From NCBI GenBank assembly GCA_048128005.1, contig JBEUKZ010000112.1, forward strand, positions 1 to 64,000: a stretch of DNA of 64,000 nt. Reading direction: 5' to 3'. Position numbers and translations under genes: made by a program. This DNA is from Veleropilina oligotropha (Eukaryota). The notes below the pieces were generated by a model. That model did no database searches. It was given only the letters and a program-made list of their open reading frames with translations, and had not been told where the DNA came from. Below are positions 50,801 through 56,800 of the stretch, piece after piece (position 1 is the first letter of the stretch; each line of letters begins with the position of its first letter).

Positions 50801-53800
50801 TGATTACAACGGAGCATCGAGTCAAGGCTGTGGATATTTAGCTTCTGGAGAAGAGCCTCAGAGCTAACTCTATCAGCAAGATGGACATTACAGATCCAGC
50901 GGATCATAGCTCTATCATTTCTTTGGATCATCAGGAAGACCTGTATTGTGGGTGCCCAGCATTCACTTGAGACCTGTATTGTGGGTGCCCAGCATTCACT
51001 TGAGACCTGTATTGTGGGTGCCCAGCATTCACTTGAGGCCTGTATTGTGGGTGCCCAGCATTCACTTGAGGCCTGTATTATGGGTGCCCAGCATTCACTT
51101 GAGGCCTGTATTGTGGGTGCCCAGCATTTACTTGAGGCCTGTATTGTGGTTGCCCAGCATTCACTTGAGGCCTGTATTGTGGGTGCCCAGCATTCACTTG
51201 AGACCTGTATTGTGGGTGCCCAGCATTCACTTGCATACAGCTTCTGTTAAAGTTTGAGAAGTCTGCTGTCAGTGGTTACCGCGATTGAACTCAATGAACA
51301 ACTATAGTTTATATAGTGTCATTATTTTACTATTCACATTTATCATTTGGAAATCAAAGGGTTGAACTTGATGAACAAACTGAATGCATATATCTTGGTG
51401 TTAGGCACACATTTACAACTTTAATTTTTTCTATTTCTTGTTAATATCAGTGGGGGGGGGGGGTTTCCATGGTGGGTGGGGGAATAATTTCTTAGGAAAT
51501 ACTCCTCTGCGTGGGGGGGGGGGATTATTTCCTATGAATACCGTTAAGATTGTTGTATCATTGTTAACAACGCACCCCAGAGGTCACTGCATTTACCTCA
51601 TAATAAAGAAATGTGCTTGATCTAGAAACGACTGACTATGTGGCTGTTTTAATGAATTGCAACAAGTATGCATATTGTCATGCATTTGCACCAAGCAAAG
51701 TAGTATATTTGTAACAGTGTAAATTTCATTGCAGATATGAAGAGTAAATCAACTTGGGAGGCTATACACACAATGACTGAAGCTAAATGTGCTCTAAAGT
51801 GGCTGTTAGAACAGGTAAGGGATGCTGGTAAATAAATTACGGTCGTGGATAGATAGAAAGGAGAAAGATACGCAATAATAAGTTATCTTGAAGCTGCTCG
51901 ACTTTCCATATATGGCATATCATAATTTTCTTGTAAATGAACTTGACTCTGGCAGGGACAAGATGGCTAGCAAAACAGATCAAAAATAATTATAGATAAT
52001 AATGCATTCCTTAATTCTCTCTTACCACTCCGATAGCCGAGTTGTTTTGATTACCGATTCTGAATGTCAATCGCTTAACTGCTCGGTCTATATACGGGCA
52101 ATAGCATATTTTGTTTCATTTCCAGTTAAGTTGGCCAGAGGGGATGGGTATTTACTATTACCCGGCGACCGGGCTTTCCTCCCACAATTATATGGATATG
52201 AACCTCGATCCAAATCAAACTTTAATTCTCTATCTTTTAGGCTGTCGCCTCGCGGTCTGATATCTGTGTCGCTCGTGAACAGTTGAAGGATTCTCAACTG
52301 AATCACGATGATACATCGAGTGCTGTGCAGTCGTTAGAGACGGAACTACGTGAGATGCACAAGAAACAGGAGGGCACCATAATGAGGCTGCAGAGAGAGC
52401 ATGAGGACAAGGCATGTATATATAACAAATACAGGATTGTGACAATGTATATATGCTATCTTATCATCTGGACATATATTTCCTGCAATGGACGTATTTA
52501 TGATCTTATGTTTGCTTGAATTATCGTTGCAACATTGACTTTGGCAGAACTAGCTAACAACAAAAATTCATGTATATTAAAAATAAATAAAGACATTGTA
52601 AAAGAATCATTCACTATTATTTTTAAGGTAATATAGTAAATAGAACTTGATTTAAAGGGTCTATGTTGCTATTTTGTCTAAGCTGTATGTCCTCATCCTC
52701 CAGCATGAAAGTATTATGCATATAATAGAATTAAAACTTCAAGTTTTATTTTGATAAGTAAAAATGCCCTGTCAAAATACTGTAATTGTCTTTTCTAGGT
52801 GCTCTTCCTACTGCGACAGCTCAAGTCTGCACAAAGCGGAGAGGTCAATACGACTCTAGACGAAGAAACCAAGGAGCGACTGAAATTTCAAGTAAAACAC
52901 ATTTACACTTTCTTAGGTGGTTGTAGAACTATACTAGAAGAATTGTATGTAGTATGTTGCTTGAAGCAAATTCGCAATTTTAAATGAGTATTATTTGTGT
53001 TGTTTATGAGAGACTTTCTGATAGCTTTCATGCAAACAATACTATCTCAAATTTTTGGTTGTTGTATTGAATCTTTAGTCTGATAAATGAATAAAATTTA
53101 GCACTACACAAATATTTTTGCTAACTTTGCATTAATAGCTTTCAGCCTCTCTGTAACCGTCATCAGAACTCATAACGGTTCTTTTTTTGCCATTGCCGGG
53201 TATTGATGGTCAGCCAGTTTTCTGTCAATAGCGAGCCCCTCACTTCCGTCAGTGTCACGAAAAGATTCATTTAGTATTGCATAAATTAATCTTTATCAAA
53301 AAAGATATAGAATTCAGATTTATATATAAACTAAAGATAGCTAATAGGTTAGATGATTTATAAGGAATTATTCTGTCTTATAAATTCATTAAATATTTAT
53401 TTCAGGAATCTGAAATTGAGCGCTTAGGCAACATCAGTGATCATCTCCAAAAGAAAACAGACGAATGTGAAATGTTGCAGAAGGTGGGTATTGTTGATGA
53501 TTATCCCGTTTATCAAATATGGTCATATTGAAATGGTCTGGAGATTATAAAATTACTTTATATAAACCTGATTGAACAAAAATATTCTTGAGACAATATG
53601 TGCAGTATATTTGTATATGATAGTTGTTTGTTCAGAGGCATTTATCTAATCTACTGCATGATATGGATTGTCCCCATTGTAAATTACACTAGCTTTTCAA
53701 AGTTTCCAAATGGATGTTACAAAGTAGGTGACCTGTTTATATCCTGCATAATAATCCCCTTAATATCCAAATGAAGAGATTATCAGTAAACAGAATGGTT

Positions 53801-56800
53801 AATTGCATATTATAATGTGTTAATTTATGTTTTTAATATCAACTGATCGGTTATTTTGTTCAAAGCAACTCACCATGGCGTTATACAAAGGAAGAAAAGT
53901 GTCGTTGATGCCATGCATTACCTCCCCTGGCGGTTCCCCATATGTGACGCCTATCGTTAACAAGGTAACAGCGCAAATACTATTTGTAGTCTTCATTTCT
54001 GTACCTCATTTAATTTTGAAAATCTTCAATTTTATAACTTTGTCAAAAATTGATATTGTTTTCGCTAAAAAGCATGTAAAGATGTTCTGTTTGTATAAAA
54101 GTCGACTACTATGCATGAGTATATCCTTGTTTATAAACATTGTAAATGCTGCAGCTAAATCTCATTGATCATACTGATTTTCATCAGATGCCCAAACTAG
54201 TACCAGTGACGTTATGTATTGTAATAGATTAATGATCTCGCTAAGAATATTGACAGGATGTTGTTGACAAAATATGTCTTGCATGGTAAACCGTAGCAAG
54301 GTGACATGAAACAAAGCAATAAAAGAAGCTTACAATCTTTATCATCGTGTAACATTTTACACTAGTCCGACCGTATTACATGCTTTAAGCTTGTTTTATT
54401 ATGAACTCTATGCCAAATGTGGTTGTAAAACAAATTAGCCATCCTATCTTTGTCCCAGTAAATTAACAGGGTCACATCCATTGGATTCTGTGATGATCAC
54501 CCTTTCTAATTATTCATTGACAAGCCACTCCAACAACATTAGAGGCTGCTACTTCATACGCAGCTTCTAACGGCGTAACGCAGATTTCTCACCGTAAAAT
54601 GTTCTAAAGGCGAACATCACGGCCCGTGGTGAAAAATGCTAAAGAATAATAATGTGAAGATTTATCTGTGCTTTCTCGCACATATGAAATGCATGCACGA
54701 AGCGCTTACATTATTATTCCCTGGTTATTGGCCTGTTCATTCAATTCCGCTAATGTGAACAGTAGTGGGTTCAATACCTGGCTGAGGCATTGACATTTGT
54801 TCAAGTTATGAATCACAGTTGTCCGCGACTGGCCGAAGAGGGCGGGTTTACCCGGGCGACCGGGGTTTCCTCCCGCAATAACACGGACATGTCCTGCCTT
54901 GAAACTCGATGTTGTAAATATACAGGACATTAAGCATCATTCCTCCTCCCTGTTCATTCAATATTCCTTCTCAACTCTCTCTGAGAGTATTACGGTCAAG
55001 TACATGCCTGTTAGGCGCTTGACCAGTCATTCTACCAACCAGGTACCGATTTGGATCTCAGGTCGGCTGGGGGATCCGAGGCACATATAGCTTAATTCCT
55101 TGCCCAAGGGAAGTCACCGGGATCGGAGTTGAACCCCAAACCTCTCGATGAGAAGCCAGTGCATCTACCACTGAGCCACGGCTGCATATATAATGTTACT
55201 ATAGTTTATCACTTGCATGGCATTTATTCCTATATACCAAATATCATTATATGCTGTCTCAATTTTGTTACCTTCGCAAGAAAAGCAACTTTTGAGCATA
55301 AAACGGACTGTTTTTGTCTCGCCCCGAAGGGAAAGCGAGACTTAGGGATTACATTTTCCGTCGTCGTCGTCTGCGTCGTGTCATTTTGGGTTAAAGTTTT
55401 TCATTGCATGTGTATGGGTTGCTAAAGGCACTTTTATGCATACATATGCATTGGTAATGGTTATATGGACAACACCTGATACTCTGGAACTGTTATTGAA
55501 TGGAATTTTATATAAATAATGCATGAAATTGGTGTTTTTGGACATAGAAATTTTGGTTAAAGTTTTCGGTTAAAGTTTTTCATCAAGTGTAAATGGCTTG
55601 CTCAAGGCACTTTTTGGCATATAAGCTTTGTTATTGGTTGTATGGATGTCACCTGATACTCGGGCAGTGATATTGAATAAATTTTAATATAATTAATGGA
55701 AATATAGTGGTCTTTTGGGACATAGAAATTTAAGCAAATTTTAGGTTAAAGTTTTTCATCAAGTGTATATGGCTTGCTCAAGGCACTTTTTGGCATATAT
55801 AAGCTTTGTTATTGGTTGTATGGATGTCACCTGATACTCTGGCAGTGATATTGAATAAATTTTAATATAATTAATGGAAATATAGTGGTCTTTTGGGACA
55901 TAGAAATTTAAGCAAATTTTAGGTTAAAGTTTTTCATCAAGTGTATATGGCTTGCTCAAGGCACTTTTTGGCATATATATGCTTTGTTATTAGTTGTATG
56001 GATGTCACCTGATACTCTGGTAGTAATATGGAATAAATTTTATTATAATTAATGGAAATATGGTGTTCTTTTGGGACATAGAAATTTAGGTGAACTTTAG
56101 GTTAAAGTTTTATGGTTAAAGTTTTTCATCAAGTGTATATGGCTTGCTCAAGGCACTTTTTGGCACATATATGCTTTGTTATTGGTTGTATGGATGTCAC
56201 CTGATACTCTGCCAGTAACATGGAATAACATGGACGTCGGCATCGTCGGCGTCGTGTCATTTTCGGTTAAAGTTTTTCATTGAATGGAATTTTCTGATAC
56301 ATTGATATATATATTTAAAGGGCGAGACATATCGGACCGTGGTTCTTGTTAACTTTCAAAATGTAAACAGAAGATGTCACCATTACGGTAAATGAAAAAT
56401 ATGGATCTCTGAAATAAGATTTTCAAAATAATATGTTTTTAGTTTGGCAGTAAAGAATATAATAACAATGTCATTTTAATTATTAATTTTATTATTTGTT
56501 ATAAATGCAATTTAAATCATGCTATTTGTAACTTGTAAATATATTGCATATGAATTTCTCTGACTACTATTTCATTTTCATTGAATCCACATCGCATATA
56601 TATGGCTAATTATTTCATATCGACCGAGGAGCAAATCACGTGACGATAAGAAATGAAGTTTGACAGTTAAACATTGACCAATAATGCATTTTATCATGAA
56701 TTATGACAACAAAATCACTAAAAGTAAGCTGGTATGTATAGATAAATGCATATTTATACAATATATGCATTTACTGTTTGTGTCACTGCATTTTTAATAA

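Noticed and set aside
50946..51257. Repetitive ORFs ([22 protein letters not shown])
   Set aside because: Products of the 33-bp minisatellite; no exon context.
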